Origin: Octopus bimaculoides | Taxonomy: Eukaryota | Assembly: GCF_001194135.2 (NCBI RefSeq) | Contig: NC_068981.1 | Location: forward strand, 166,544,361 to 166,608,360 | Direction: 5' to 3' | Length of the DNA: 64,000 nt | Shown: positions 12,593 to 25,469 of the stretch, one piece after another | Position numbering within the stretch: position 1 is the first letter of the stretch | Layout of the letters: each line of letters opens with the position of its first letter | Program-made: the position numbers and the translations under genes | Notes under the pieces: model-generated | What the model was told of the DNA's origin: nothing | Databases searched by the model: none | What the model saw: the letters and a program-made list of their open reading frames with translations, nothing else

Positions 12593-12709
12593 TGTTTGCT
12601 TGGTGTTATTAAGTTATTATATACAGCCGTCCGCAAATTAACCAATAACTCATTCAAGCTACAGTTAGTGACCTCCACCATTGACACACCACAATCAACA
12701 GAAGCATTT

Positions 12710-12868
12710 CATTCGTCTTTATGTTCTGAGTTGAAATTCCACTGAGGTTGACTTTGTCTTTCATCCTTTTGGGGATCGATAAATTAAGTACCAGTGAAAC
12801 ATTGGAGTCGACATAATCGACTTAATCCCTTCCCCCAAATTTGAGGTCTTGTGCTTCCAGTAGAAAGG

Positions 12869-12929
<61 letters not shown>
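12710..12929 (+). mobile_element. SINE family 1 with (ATT)n tail
   Basis: gttctgagttgaaattcc...gataaattaagtaccag...agaaaggattattatt. Confidence 0.8.
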
Positions 12930-12930
<1 letters not shown>

Positions 12931-13009
12931 GCAGGGCAGTTAGCTTATTTTAGTTAGAGCGTCATGCTAATAACGTGCGTGTCATTGTTTCGCGCCTCGT
13001 ACTGGCCAT

Positions 13010-13175
13010 ATCTTTTTATCTGTCTTTATGTTCTGAGTTCAAATCCCACCGAAGTCGACTTTGCCTTTCATTCTTTTGGGGTCGATAAATTAAGTAATAG
13101 CAAAACACTGGAATGAATATAATCGATCAGTCCGCCCCACCCCAAATTTTAGGCCTTGTGCCTTTAGTAGAAGAG

Positions 13176-13231
<56 letters not shown>

Positions 13232-13245
13232 CATTATTATTATCA
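13010..13245 (+). mobile_element. SINE family 1 with (ATT)n tail, CpG-retaining copy
   Basis: gagttcaaatcccaccgaagtcgactttgcctttc...gtcgataaattaag...agaagagattattatt. Confidence 0.8.
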
Positions 13246-13382
13246 ATAATATTAATGTGCTAACTTTTTGTTTTTATACGTACCTGTTGTGTGTTACACT
13301 TCAAAGAAGTGGCAAAGTGAGAGAGAGGAGGACAGAGAGGAAGTAAGAGAGAGAGAGAAAGAGAAAGTGAGAGTGAAAGAGA

Positions 13383-13645
13383 GAGAGTGAAAGAGACAGT
13401 GAGTGGTGACGGCATTCATTTTGTGTTTTTTAATTTCAGAGAGAAAGTAAGAGAGAAAGACAGAGAGAGTGAAAGAGACAGTGAGTGGTGACGGTGTTCA
13501 CTTTGTGTTTTAAAATGTTTCAGAGAGGACGTAAGTGAAAATGAAAGAGAGTGAGAGAGAGAGAAAAAAAGTGAGAGAGAAAAAGCGAGAGAGTGAAAGA
13601 GACAGTGAATGGTGACAGCGTTTGTTTTGTGTTTTAAATGTTTAT
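13383..13645. repeat. Three-copy GA-rich tandem repeat (about 80-120 bp units)
   Basis: gagagtgaaagagacagtga(g/a)tggtgac(g/a)g...ttgtgtttt recurs at about 13383, 13464 and 13587. Confidence 0.75.
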
Positions 13646-14224
13646 CACATCGCAAGAGAAGTAGATACATAGATACATATACACATTGTTAAATCAAAAG
13701 TGGGAGAGAAGAGGGACACAAAGGAAGTGAAAGAGAAAGTGAGAGAGACAGTAGATACATAAATCCAAAGAAAAGTTCATACATAGATACATACACATAG
13801 CAAATATTAGGTGTCAATTTCACTTTTCAATACCACACGAGGATAAATTAACTCACAAATGGCTGAATACTCCACATTAACGTAGTTCTCAGGAAGATTC
13901 AGCCTCACACAGAATATGACAAGGCTGGTCCCTTTGTATTTGTGTGTGTGTATAGTTTAGGTTAGTTAAAACAAGTTTGCGTGGTGGAAATAAACGCAAT
14001 TACCAAACTTTCATTCATAAATCCATTTATTATTTCGTTCTTTTGCATTTCAATTTGTACGTTAAGGTTCTTTGAATATGTACGATGTATTTTAAGGTTA
14101 AATAGTAATTCCGTTTACGCTTGTGTAACATATTTTGGTTGGATTATATAGTCATTGGTGTTGCATCACTTTCTATATTCTGTAACTGTCACAATATACT
14201 TTTCTAAGCCTGAATTTTTTGTGG

Positions 14225-14345
14225 GGAGGTGGGCAGTTGATTAGATCGACCCCAGTACACAATTGACGCTTAATTTATCGACCCTGAAAGGACGAAAAGC
14301 AAAGCCGACCTCGGCAGAATTTGAACTCAGAACATAAAGACAGAC
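14225..14345 (-). mobile_element. SINE family 1 fragment
   Basis: ttaatttatcgaccctgaaaggacgaaaagcaaagccgacctcggcagaatttgaactcagaac is the reverse complement of the family body. Confidence 0.8.
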
Positions 14346-14436
14346 GGTCATAATACACAAACATTTCTCATGGCACCAGTACACTGTTTACAGATGCTTA
14401 CATTTTTTTTCCGTGAATTTTTCATGGGTCCAGCTA

Positions 14437-14459
14437 GTTATTATTATTATTATTATTAT

Positions 14460-14522
<63 letters not shown>

Positions 14523-14556
14523 CAGCAGCAGCAGTAGTAGTAATAGTAGTAGTAGT
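14437..14556. repeat. Compound microsatellite (TTA)n-(GTA)n-(GCA)n-(GTA)n
   Basis: Seen directly in the sequence. Confidence 0.95.
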
Positions 14557-14790
14557 AAGGTGGCGAACTGGCAGAATCGTTAGCACGCTGGACGAAATAT
14601 TTTGCCCGTCGCTACGTTCTGAGTTCAAATTCCTTCGAAGCCAACTTTGCCTTTCATTCTTTCGGGGTCACTAAATTAAGTACCAGTTGTGTACCGATAT
14701 CGATCTATTCGACTGGTCCTCCTCCCCACAAAATTTCAGGCCTTGCACCAATAGTATAAAGGATTATCATCATCATCATCATCATCATTA
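14557..14790 (+). mobile_element. SINE family 1, near full length, CpG-rich, (ATC)n tail
   Basis: aaggtggcgaactggcagaatcgttagcacgc...gttctgagttcaaattcc...ggattatcatcatcatc. Confidence 0.85.
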
Positions 14791-15339
14791 ATGAGATGAC
14801 CCATTTACAAGTCAAATTTGCAATATGATATATATCATGGTTCTGTTGCTGTGCAATAGCAAAACCAATGGTAACAAGCATAGCAGCGTCAGCATAAAAC
14901 TATTTCGATGGGTGTCAGAAGAAACTAACATATCAGAATCAATAAAATATATATATATATATAATGATAATAAATTAAATCTCAGTAAAATCTTTCTAGT
15001 AAGAATTTCTGTTTACTTTTTAATAATCAAGCAGTTTAATCGTCAAGAACGATAATTGTTTAATTTTCCAACTAAGTAACTGAATGATGATGACGATGAT
15101 GATGATGATAATGATTAACAACTGAAGCAAATCGAAACACGGTTAACTAGCTCTCTTTGATAAACATTGCCATAGCAAACAGGTTACTATGGTTAACTAT
15201 AAAAAAATAAAAAAAAGCTAGGCTAAATGTTTTAAGATTTAGAATCCTTGGCTAATTAATCGATAAATCCAGGGACAAATTATAGAAGTTGGAATGCTAA
15301 TAGATGGAAGTAATTATGACGACAAGGTCTGTTGTAATA

Positions 15340-15502
15340 AGTCTGCCGAGGTACTATGACATTTAGGTCGTCGACGACGATTGGCTGAAGCTTGCATGTC
15401 TGTTTCTTTTTTTTTTTTTAATAAACAGGAACACTAGTAAGCTACTAAAAACACTGCAAGTAGATGTAGTAGTAGTAGGTATTTATTGTTAGCTGCAACA
15501 AG
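15340..15502 (+). promoter_or_regulatory. Putative promoter and 5' UTR of the WW-domain gene
   Basis: Non-repetitive CpG cluster (gtcgtcgacgacg), reverse CCAAT box (attgg at about 15378) and aacaagATG start context. Confidence 0.5.
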
Positions 15503-15582
15503 ATGTCGGGGCCGGCCTACACTCAATACGCAAACTTACCCCCAGGATGGGAAATGCGATTCAATACACAATACCAGCGATA
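15503..15582 (+). CDS. Exon 1 of a WW + CUE-like domain protein (MSGPAYTQYANLPPGWEMRFNTQYQR-Y, first half of the WW domain)
   Basis: LPPGWE WW signature; canonical donor TA|gtaagt; ends in phase 2, completing a Tyr codon with exon 2. Confidence 0.9.
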
Positions 15583-15729
15583 GTAAGTTTAATATGTGTT
15601 TCTAGAGAGCTGCTGTTTAAAATGTTACTTTCTTCATATTCAAAACAGCTTGGTTCTTAATTTACTGTTTTGTTTTGATTCGCTTTTCCCTTCCATTTCT
15701 TGAAACCCCAATATTTTCCTATCCAGCGA

Positions 15730-16229
15730 TGTATATATACACACATATATTTATATATATAATATATATACACAAATATATATATAATATATACACATAT
15801 ACATACATAATGTATATACACACATATATATATAATATATATACATATATAATATATATACATATATATAATATATATATACACACACATATATATATAC
15901 ATATATATAATATATATATACACACACATATATATACATATATAATATATATATACACACATATATATATAATATATATATTATATATACACACACATAT
16001 ATATATAATATATATATTATATATACACATATATATAATATATATACACATATATAATATATACACATATATACACACATATATATNNNNNNNNNNTATA
16101 TATATTATATATACACACACATATATATATAATATATATATTATATATACACATATATATAATATATATACACATATATAATATATACACATATATACAC
16201 ACATATATATAATATATATACACATACAT

Positions 16230-16287
<58 letters not shown>

Positions 16288-16345
16288 CACACACACACAC
16301 ACATATATATATGTGTGTGCATAATATATATATATGCACACACAC
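15730..16345. repeat. AT/AC low-complexity microsatellite array with a 10-N gap
   Basis: catatatatataatatatata-type units. Confidence 0.95.
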
Positions 16346-17574
16346 CTCTGTTTCCGTCTCTCTTTCCTCTAACTTTGCCAGTGACTGTTTTGGTTGTCTC
16401 CGTACGGAATGGCGATGACAGTCAATAGTTAATAATAATTTTTTTTCTTTTTAAAATAATTGATATATTTAATATGCCACATTGACATAAAACACCAAAT
16501 CTAAGATTGATATGGAATTAGAGAAAAAATACAGAGTTCGGTAATGATTACAGTATCACACAATCACATGCACACACATGGATATATGAATGCCTTGAGT
16601 CAAAGATTAAAAGAACTTGTATAAAATAAATAAATAATGAACTATTCTCAAAGGGATATTTAAAAAAAAATATTATATATATTTATATATATAGTGCTGG
16701 TCAAAGACTGACAAACTGTTTTGAAATGCTGTATAAAAACGGTTTCATATAGCTGCTCAAATCAAGGAGAAATATATATATTAGTCAGTTACACCGAGGT
16801 TGACCTGGGGCTAAACAACAACGTTATTAACCTGTGTAGGGCAAATTCAATGAAATTGATTGAGTCAGTGGACATTGACTGAAGAAGGTTGGGAGATTCA
16901 TCCTTTTATAGTACTTATCGACTCCCACTACGTATCAAAGGTGAAGTCTAAGTACCGCAAGGTATTTTGATATAACCACACAGAATGAACACGCTTTTCA
17001 TAGGATGTTCGGATAAATTCAGCTTTGAATAATGTTTTTCTTGTACTTGCTAACCTAGAGATAAAATAGAAAAAATTGAAACATGCATAAATATATGTAT
17101 GTATATATACACACACCCACACATTTCATTTTGCGTGATGTGTGTTTAGTGTTGTAGTCAACTCAGAAGCAGAACGAAGTTTAATCAGTTTGTTTTCGTG
17201 TTAAGAAACTGCTCCCTATAATCTACTTAAAAAGACGATAGAGAGAAGCTAACCCGACTTGTTATAAATATAAATTCGGTAACTTTCTATAAACTTTGTC
17301 CTACAAAATTTTTTATTTTAATGTTTGCTCGTTAAAAAAAACAAAAAAACTCCGTAACAAGTTGAATAAAACTGGATCTCGCATTTATGGAGCAACTGTC
17401 AATTGAGTTAGGCATAGTTATCAACAATACTTATTTTTATGTTACCTTTCTGTTTTTAAAGTTGAGTTACTTGTTCTAGTTAATTACTCCTATCTATTTT
17501 GTCAACAATCTCGGTCAGAGAAAATGCAATAACAAGTTCGGGTGACATTTAAAACAAACAAAAAAAGGGGGCGA

Positions 17575-18150
17575 ACGATAGTCTGAAACGTTCAAGTTAT
17601 AATAATAATTATTTCTACTATAGGCACAAGGCCAGAAACTTTGAGGGAAGAGCTGGTCAACTACATCGACCTCAGTGCCCAACTGGTACTTTATTTTCTC
17701 GGCCATAGAAAGATGAAAGCAGTTTTCATTGAAGTCCAACGTTTTTATAATCGAGGAACGGGAATTAGGGAGTTAATTTCTTGATAGTCTTATTATGACA
17801 ACCACAAAGTCATAACTTTTGATGGTAGGGCATATTCGATGTAATGGATATCAATTATTGACGAGTGCTTATTTTATCGCATCAGAAAGGTGGACAGAAA
17901 GTCGACCCTGGCGCAATTTCAAGTTAGAACCAAAATAAATTAAAAAATGGAATTCAATTAAATATCTTCTCCAACGCTCAAAGAACCACCGCCCTTGTTA
18001 ATTATAATTTCTAATACTTGGCCATGGGTGCGGTATTATTGATCTACTCAATTTCAGTACTTAACGAATACATATCTTATTGACTAACCTCAGAATCATA
18101 AAAAGTAAAGTTTACTTTGGCGAGATTTGAACTCAGAATTTAAAGGGACG
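17575..18150 (-). mobile_element. SINE family 1 fragments (about 17575-17740, 17840-17930, 18035-18150)
   Basis: aactggtacttt...gatgaaag...agtcgacc...gagatttgaactcagaa. Confidence 0.65.
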
Positions 18151-18893
18151 TAACGAAATACCATCTTGGTTATTTCTGTTACTTACCATCCTTAATAATA
18201 ATATTGATAGTGATGATGAGAGTTCTCAATGACCTACATACCATTTTTCCCCTGCTTATGGCATTTACTCTGTTTTTCCATAAGCGGGAAAAGGATGGGA
18301 TCTACATCGATGTTATCGAGCCAGACGGGGAAGTTTCTACATGGTCGTTCGACCAGCTAGAAACAGTAGTTATATTCTCCTCAAACCAGATCTTATCTTA
18401 AAAAGAAAGGGCACATCGGATAATGTAATCCTGGATATCATGGCTGGGACCTTTTTATCATAATTCTACTTGATAGAGCTGATGTGGGGGCTAAGCAATA
18501 AAATCCATCCAAGCAAGCCATCGGAGACCTTGTGCGCTTCTTAAAGCTTACCAAGTATCTTTCGATTTAAATCCCGTTGGTGCGACTTATGCCTTTCATC
18601 CACCATCATTCATTTCTTAGAGTCGTTTATATATATGTTGATTCAATTCTAACTCTTTGTAGTAATGGTTACTTGCGTCGTAGAGCGAGGGCAAACCAAT
18701 TCCGTAGACTGGAGTCGATTGTTTTCGTCGGAACCATTTCCATTTTATTGACACTGTGTTATCTGTGGAAAAAGTTTGAATGAACTATTATAACTATACT
18801 AATTTCTGTATACCCATACGCACCTTTCTTTCTATATATATATATGTATAACGTGAGTGTGTGTGTATACATATGTATGTATATTTGTGTGTA

Positions 18894-18956
<63 letters not shown>

Positions 18957-20394
18957 CATGCAAAAACCCTATATAGGATTATGCATTATATGCACAGTCG
19001 CTTACGTACACACGCACACGCACAACATCCATTTAATTAACCTCGTGCCTACATTTTATTTATGCACGCCCGCACACACACGCACACACTCAATTCGTGC
19101 GTATTTAAATATAGTACCTCTCAATACTGATTTAATTAAGTATAAAAATACGCTCTTTTAGTCATCAATTTACGAACCGAAGCCAAACTTGTCTGTCATA
19201 AGTTGTACAAATATTAATATAATTGGTATATATGGATACCTTGCTTGTTATGTCACTATTACATGTAAATTTCGTTTCTTCATTTTCTTCTCTCTCGTGT
19301 ATATTTTATACTTAATTGTCGAACCTCTTAAAAAGGAAATCTCTCTACCCACGCTTTCTCTCTCCCTCTCTCATATATGTGTGTGTGTGTGTGATTGTTA
19401 TTTTATATGAATGTGGTTAATTTGATAAGCAGATTCGACTTTGATAAAAGTAGAATAGCAATGTGGTTTATTTACAAACAATACGGTGGTGCACCAGCAT
19501 GACCGCAGCCACTTGGCTGAAACACATAAATAAATAAATAAATAAATATCGTGCATATTTCCCAGAAAACTTGTTCTTGCTTCCTATGCTGAGATGAGCT
19601 ATGCAAATGTTTACTTCTCATACTAAATCAACGTTGTTAAAATGACGGTGACGAGTTCCATGACTGTACTGCTACCAATAGCAACAGCATCAACGAGGTT
19701 TATCACTTAGTGACTGTTAAGTAATGGTTATTATAATCGATAATAGTATGACTAATCATCTTAATGTTAGGTTAATGGTAGAGTTTAGAAGTGTGACTGA
19801 GATAGGCAAGAGAATTGCCATAATTGCAATGTAGATGATGATGAAATGGGGGGGGGGCTATGAGGATTCTAATTTACTGCAAAGTCAACAACCTATATAT
19901 AGTTATTAAAGATGAGAGAAAATGAGTTGTGAAGCACCTGCTTCTCCGCTGAGCAGTAAGTAAAGGAGGTAAAGGGAATTCTAGAAGCTAATTCGATTCT
20001 CCAAGAACTTACTTTATAAACACGATACCCTCCAGAGTATAGCAGAGGAAAAAGAAAAAAACAAGCTTGTAGCCACGATTTGGGCGGCGGCGGTGGTAGT
20101 AGTATCACCAGTGCAATTGTCAGTGCTGACAGCTAAAGCAAACAGCTGTAAGTTGAAATGTTAGACAACAATCGAAGTAATTATTAGCTACAGTGACAAC
20201 TTGTTGCTTGATTAGAAATAACATTCAAATCACCCCCAACCTTCTTAAAAAGACTATTCGAAATAGCCATAGTTGTAATGCCCTTCGTCTTAGCTCTGTT
20301 CGGCCAGAATTAACCTGGGTGAATTATTTTAACATAAGCGACGTGCGCTCGTAAATTCAACCTAGCCTTGTTTTAACATATGGGAGAATATACA

Positions 20395-20530
20395 AATAAT
20401 AACAACAGACGAGGACAGGTGGTGTAAATAACAAAAGTATATATTAGTATGACGCTCGGGAATACGGAAAGTCTTTGACGTTTCGAGCTACGCTCTTCAA
20501 CAGAAAGAATACGGAGACAAGGAGAAAAAC
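20395..20530 (-). mobile_element. Probable Penelope-type terminal repeat fragment
   Basis: Carries a minimal hammerhead-like motif (next feature); CpG-rich and appears young or unmethylated. PLE assignment rests mainly on that motif. Confidence 0.5.
20472..20508 (-). ncRNA. Candidate minimal type I hammerhead ribozyme variant
   Basis: Minus strand: TCTTT-CTGTTGA-A-GAGC(GTA)GCTC-GAAA-CG-TC-AAAGA; perfect 5-bp stem I, 4-bp stem II and palindromic ACGT stem III. Confidence 0.6.
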
Positions 20531-21287
20531 ACGGAGAAAAAAAATTGAATAGTGTTCAGTCAACGGTCAATCATACTTTTACTTTTCTGCCATAGCCTAC
20601 TATCAACATCATGATACAGATGTTTCTTTTTGTTCACTCGTTACCTAATTTCATTGTAAAGATTATAATAAATCTATATATTTCTTAAATGTGTTTCTTG
20701 CTTTTCCTTTCCTTGTCACTTTCGAGAGTCCTACGTTTCATCAGACTTTTCAAATGGGGTTTCAGTACCTACTTTTCCACCCCACCCCCTTTATTATTAT
20801 TTTGCATTTCTACATTCTCCATTCATTTTTATATAATAAGTAGATTTGATTTGAACATTTGGAAGATGAAAGCATAGTGTTGCAAACTCCAAAACAACAT
20901 GCTCAAAATATCAGGTAAAGAGTAATGTATTGAAAATTATATGGGCACTTTTTTTCATCTCATTATTAATTAAAAAGATAACCATAGAAGCGTTATTATG
21001 AGAGGTCTTTGGAATAAATATGATAAATGAAAGTGTAGTGGAACCATAAGACATTAGTAATTAATAAGATTGAGTTATCTGTTAATCAACTTAATCACTT
21101 AGTGGATTATCCTACAACTGTGCTGCAACACTGTAAACAAATAATACATCCTACTACACTGGAGAAAACCCCCCCAGAACCAACTGTAGTTATTTTAGCA
21201 CTGTAACACATGCAAGATGTGTTTATGAAGAAGTCAAACTCTCCCTTATATCATATCCTACAATCTTCAAAAAAGAGTACATTAGAT

Positions 21288-21582
21288 CAGGGGTTTTCAA
21301 ACTGTGGTCCGCGGACCACAGGGGGTCTGCAAGGGCAAGACAGGGGGTCCGTGGACAGCAAATACTTTTTATGGGCAATTTGATTTTATATATGTTTTTT
21401 AATTGAAATCTTTTAATTGACAATAAACTTATTTGTTAAATACTGTTAAATAAATAAATGTAAAAATATGTTATTTTAAGCAAATATTTATGTATAAATT
21501 TCATAAGCGTTTATAAGGGGGTCCATAAGGTAAAGCCTGAAATATAAAGGGGTCTGCAAGTCAAAAAGTTTGAAAACCTCTG
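21288..21582. mobile_element. hAT (Charlie/Buster-type) MITE, 295 bp
   Basis: TIRs CAGGGGTTTTCAAAC and GTTTGAAAACCTCTG; perfect 8-bp TSD cattagat at 21280-21287 and 21583-21590. Confidence 0.95.
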
Positions 21583-21589
21583 CATTAGA

Positions 21590-21700
21590 TAATGGTATCC
21601 TAGATGCACTCTATGCAAGATTGAGATGGTTATGGCTGGAATGCCTTTGAACATTGATCTGTTTGGTCAGTATTGACCTGGGACTAAGAAAGCACTGACA
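21590..21700 (+). repeat. Dispersed SINE-tail-like repeat; other copies at about 16730-16830, 18330-18520, 31850-32030, 33530-33600 (-), 42120-42220 (-), 48180-48370 (-)
   Basis: Shared ggataatgt.gtcctaga...ggtcatggctggaatgcctttga...gacctggggctaa motifs. Confidence 0.6.
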
Positions 21701-24700
21701 GTCAACAAAACCTTCACCTCTTTCAGCAGGACAAAAACTCAGTTGCTATACATATCAAGGAAAGGTTTCTACCTATCTTCTCTACTCTTGAACAACATAT
21801 AATTAAAACTTTGAAAGTCACTACAAATGCTAAGCCTGACCATCTTTGATCTTTCATGGTGGCCTTCCCTATATATTATCAAAACTACATGACAAAAGCT
21901 AGAATTCTTCTTTAGAGAGAGAAATTACTTCAGCCCATGTGTTGACTTTACTCTCTAAAGCTCAAGTAAGACTCACATCTGAGTACATTTTACATGTGTG
22001 AGATGGTGCTGCTACTGTACACTCAAACAAGCAAAGGAAACTATTTGAATGACTAGTTAAGATTCCTTCACTAAAGTACAACCATCTGTTGCTCACATTT
22101 TCTGTTTCTTGTTACTCTTCTACTGTTATCTCAGCCTCTGCATCTCTGAAATAGTTAGTTGTATACCCCTTATTTACATCCAGCTAACCCAGCAAAATCT
22201 CAAATCTCAATCCCTATACTAACCACTGTTCTCAATTTCACCTTTAGAACTGCATCTTTCTGAAATTCCATTCCCTTCCATGATTTTCCTGCAGACATTT
22301 ACCAACAGATGTTCAGCCTGAACATCAACCATATCAAATTTGCCTATTGGAGATGGCTTTCAAAGGACTAATTTATAATAAATCATCTGTAATAAAAGTA
22401 TAGGAAATGTACAACAGCTGATAAAAAAAAAAAAAAATTACTGAAAAGATTGAGTTATTAGCGAGGTAGTTATTGTAAAGCTAGCACAAGTTTAGTTAGA
22501 TTTGGTTGAAATGTAGTTTGAGTTTGAACAAGTACATAGAAATTCAGGTGTTATATTTCTTATAATAAACAACTTTATGCTTGTTAACCTTGGGAGATGG
22601 AACTAATATTCTATAATGTAAATGGTACATGACGGCTGTACTAGTTCCATATGAGAATCCTTAGCAATCAAAATTAGAATTGGCAGTAACTTTAATGGGA
22701 ATTGCCCACCTAGATTCTATTTTCTCTTCTTCATAAGGCTTTGCAAAAATCACACATAGCTTATGACTGGTTGTTCTTCAAAATATTTCTAAAAACAAAA
22801 ATGGGTAGGATACATTGAAAATAATTGGAGAAGAATTGAGTTAAACATTTAGATTATGTGGGGATGGTTCTCATTTAGTGGGAATGGTATGTAGTCTAGT
22901 AAATTCAGAAGACTAGAAGTAATTTTTGTAATGTTAGAAGAATTAGAAACACATTAGACTAATGAGTGCTAGGAGAGAAGTTGTTGGGAAGACTACAAAC
23001 CACAAAACTTTGCTGTCAATTGTCAAAAAGTAGATAATAAAGTGATTTAAACACGTAGTACATCCTGACACTCCAGCTCTAGCAAATATGGTCATGTATG
23101 CCCTACCTCATCTGTAAAAGAGGTATAGGGAGACTACAAGTCTGGTTGAGTAATGTCAATTAATGGACAGGCAGGATGATGGTGGAAAACCTTGAAGATG
23201 ACCAGCAAAGTTGGAAAAAGATGGGGGTGTCAAATTTGTTGCCATGCTCTTATGGTTTCCTTAGGGTATGGATTTTGATTGATTGTTTGAGAGGAAGAAT
23301 ACAGATGACTAATGGGCAAGTGGTTGTAGATTGTATGAGAAAGCTTCTGAATTATGCAGCTGGGTTTGGGTGGAGATACAGCCTTGAACAGATGTGTTTA
23401 CACTATCCCAGATGGATGATCAGTTACAACTTATAAAATCAACAATAGTTCAGGAATGAGATATTTTGTCTGATTTTGATAAAAAAAAATTCAAATTTAA
23501 AAGTATTTCCCATAATCTGGAGCTAGAATAGCATAAATATATATGATTAAGCCTGTAATAAAATATCTAAATATTGCATCTGTAAATAAGCTATAAAAAT
23601 TTGGCTGTTATTTCTTAATATTTTAGATTTATTTTTAATTTTTTTTCTTTACACCTACATTTTTGTATTTGAATTTGAGAACATGTTATCTGAAATGAAT
23701 TATTATTATAATGTATATTAGTAGTATTTGCCCAGATCAAGCAAAATAGTAGTTAGGTCTAGTTAGTACTGGAACAACATTTAAAATTATCTCTGTTCTA
23801 CCCATCAATTATTATTATCAGGATTTTCATCTTATTATTACTATGACTACAACCATAAATCAAATTTTATTCAATTTATATTCACCAATGTAAAATTTCA
23901 AAATATAATTAACACTTCTCTAGTTACATAAATGGTTTTGTTAGTGTTAAAATGATTTCATCAGTTCTGGCTTCTTTGTGTCAAATTGTCTTTCTTAATA
24001 GGGAACTGAGAAAACTCCCTTCTTACCTAGTGTTCTGAAAATTTAAATCTATGAATATCACTTGAATCCTTCATTAAATTCACTTTCCTAACAATGTTAA
24101 CAATGATTGACTGAAGCAGTTGATTTCTCTAACTTAATGTTCTGGCAAGAAGAAAACAATTTTTGTTTTTATTCTGAGGGCTAACTGCCATTAGATAATG
24201 ATGTAGAAGAATTTGATATTATTTCCAAAATGGAGCTAAAGCTAATGTTGATAATCCTTCTCCCTTGCATTCTTCCTATAATGGATACAAAGTGGAAATT
24301 CTATTCACATTTTAAATACATTGCTAATTGTAGTTTATTTGTTATAATTCCAGATTAACATGGGTGGAATGAGATTGGATGGAGCAGTTAATTTTACAGC
24401 AGGATATTCTTCAAATAACTAGCTTCTCAGAGTGAAGTAGTAGTACTATTTATTGGCAGTTATACTGAGACAAGCTGAGTTATGTGCCTTGCCTAGGGAT
24501 ACAACTTTATAGCTGTACTGGTTAGGTGCTGATCACAGAATCAGTAGGTAGTACAGCATTATAACCTTTCAGCTAGTCTCTGTCTTTACACATTTTTATT
24601 TGTCCAATGCGTTATTACTGGAATAGCTTTAGATTTCTGGTTCATTTTATTCTAATTCTGTACAGAAGACAGAAGTACAAAAATGCCATCACTATCTTCC

Positions 24701-24789
24701 TCCTCAATATTGCAATATATTTAGTAAGCCCCAAGTCACTCCTGAATAAGCAGACCTACAATGAAAGATTTTCCATTTTCTTTATCTAG

Positions 24790-25425
24790 ATCGTTGCCAG
24801 TGCCCCTGGACTGGCTTGTGCGGGTGGCACATAAAAGACACCATTTCGAGCGTGGCCGTTTTCGTGCGGGTGACACGTAAAAGCACCCACTACACTCTCT
24901 GAGTGGTTGGCGTTAGGAAGGGCATCCAGCTGTAGAAACTCTGCCAAATCAGACTGGAGCCTGGTGTTGCCATCCGGTTTCACCAGTCCTCAGTCAAATC
25001 GTNNNNNNNNNNNNNNNNNNNNNNNNNNNNNNNNNNNNNNNNNNNNNNNNNNNNNNNNNNNNNNNNNNNNNNNNNNNNNNNNNNNNNNNNNNNNNNNNNN
25101 NNNNNNNNNNNNNNNNNNNNNNNNNNNNNNNNNNNNNNNNNNNNNNNNNNNNNNNNNNNNNNNNNNNNNNNNNNNNNNNNNNNNNNNNNNNNNNNNNNNN
25201 NNNNNNNNNNNNNNNNNNNNNNNNNNNNNNNNNNNNNNNNNNNNNNNNNNNNNNNNNNNNNNNNNNNNNNNNNNNNNNNNNNNNNNNNNNNNNNNNNNNN
25301 NNNNNNNNNNNNNNNNNNNNNNNNNNNNNNNNNNNNNNNNNNNNNNNNNNNNNNNNNNNNNNNNNNNNNNNNNNNNNNNNNNNNNNNNNNNNNNNNNNNN
25401 NNNNNNNNNNNNNNNNNNNNNNNNN

Positions 25426-25469
<44 letters not shown>

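Noticed and set aside
15657-16345. Several long Y/I/V/C-rich ORFs on both strands
   Set aside because: Translations of AT/AC microsatellite; no coding signal
20715-20750. CTGATGA...GAAA hammerhead-like core on the minus strand
   Set aside because: The segment between the cores cannot form stem II and no UH site with stem I follows; at most a remnant
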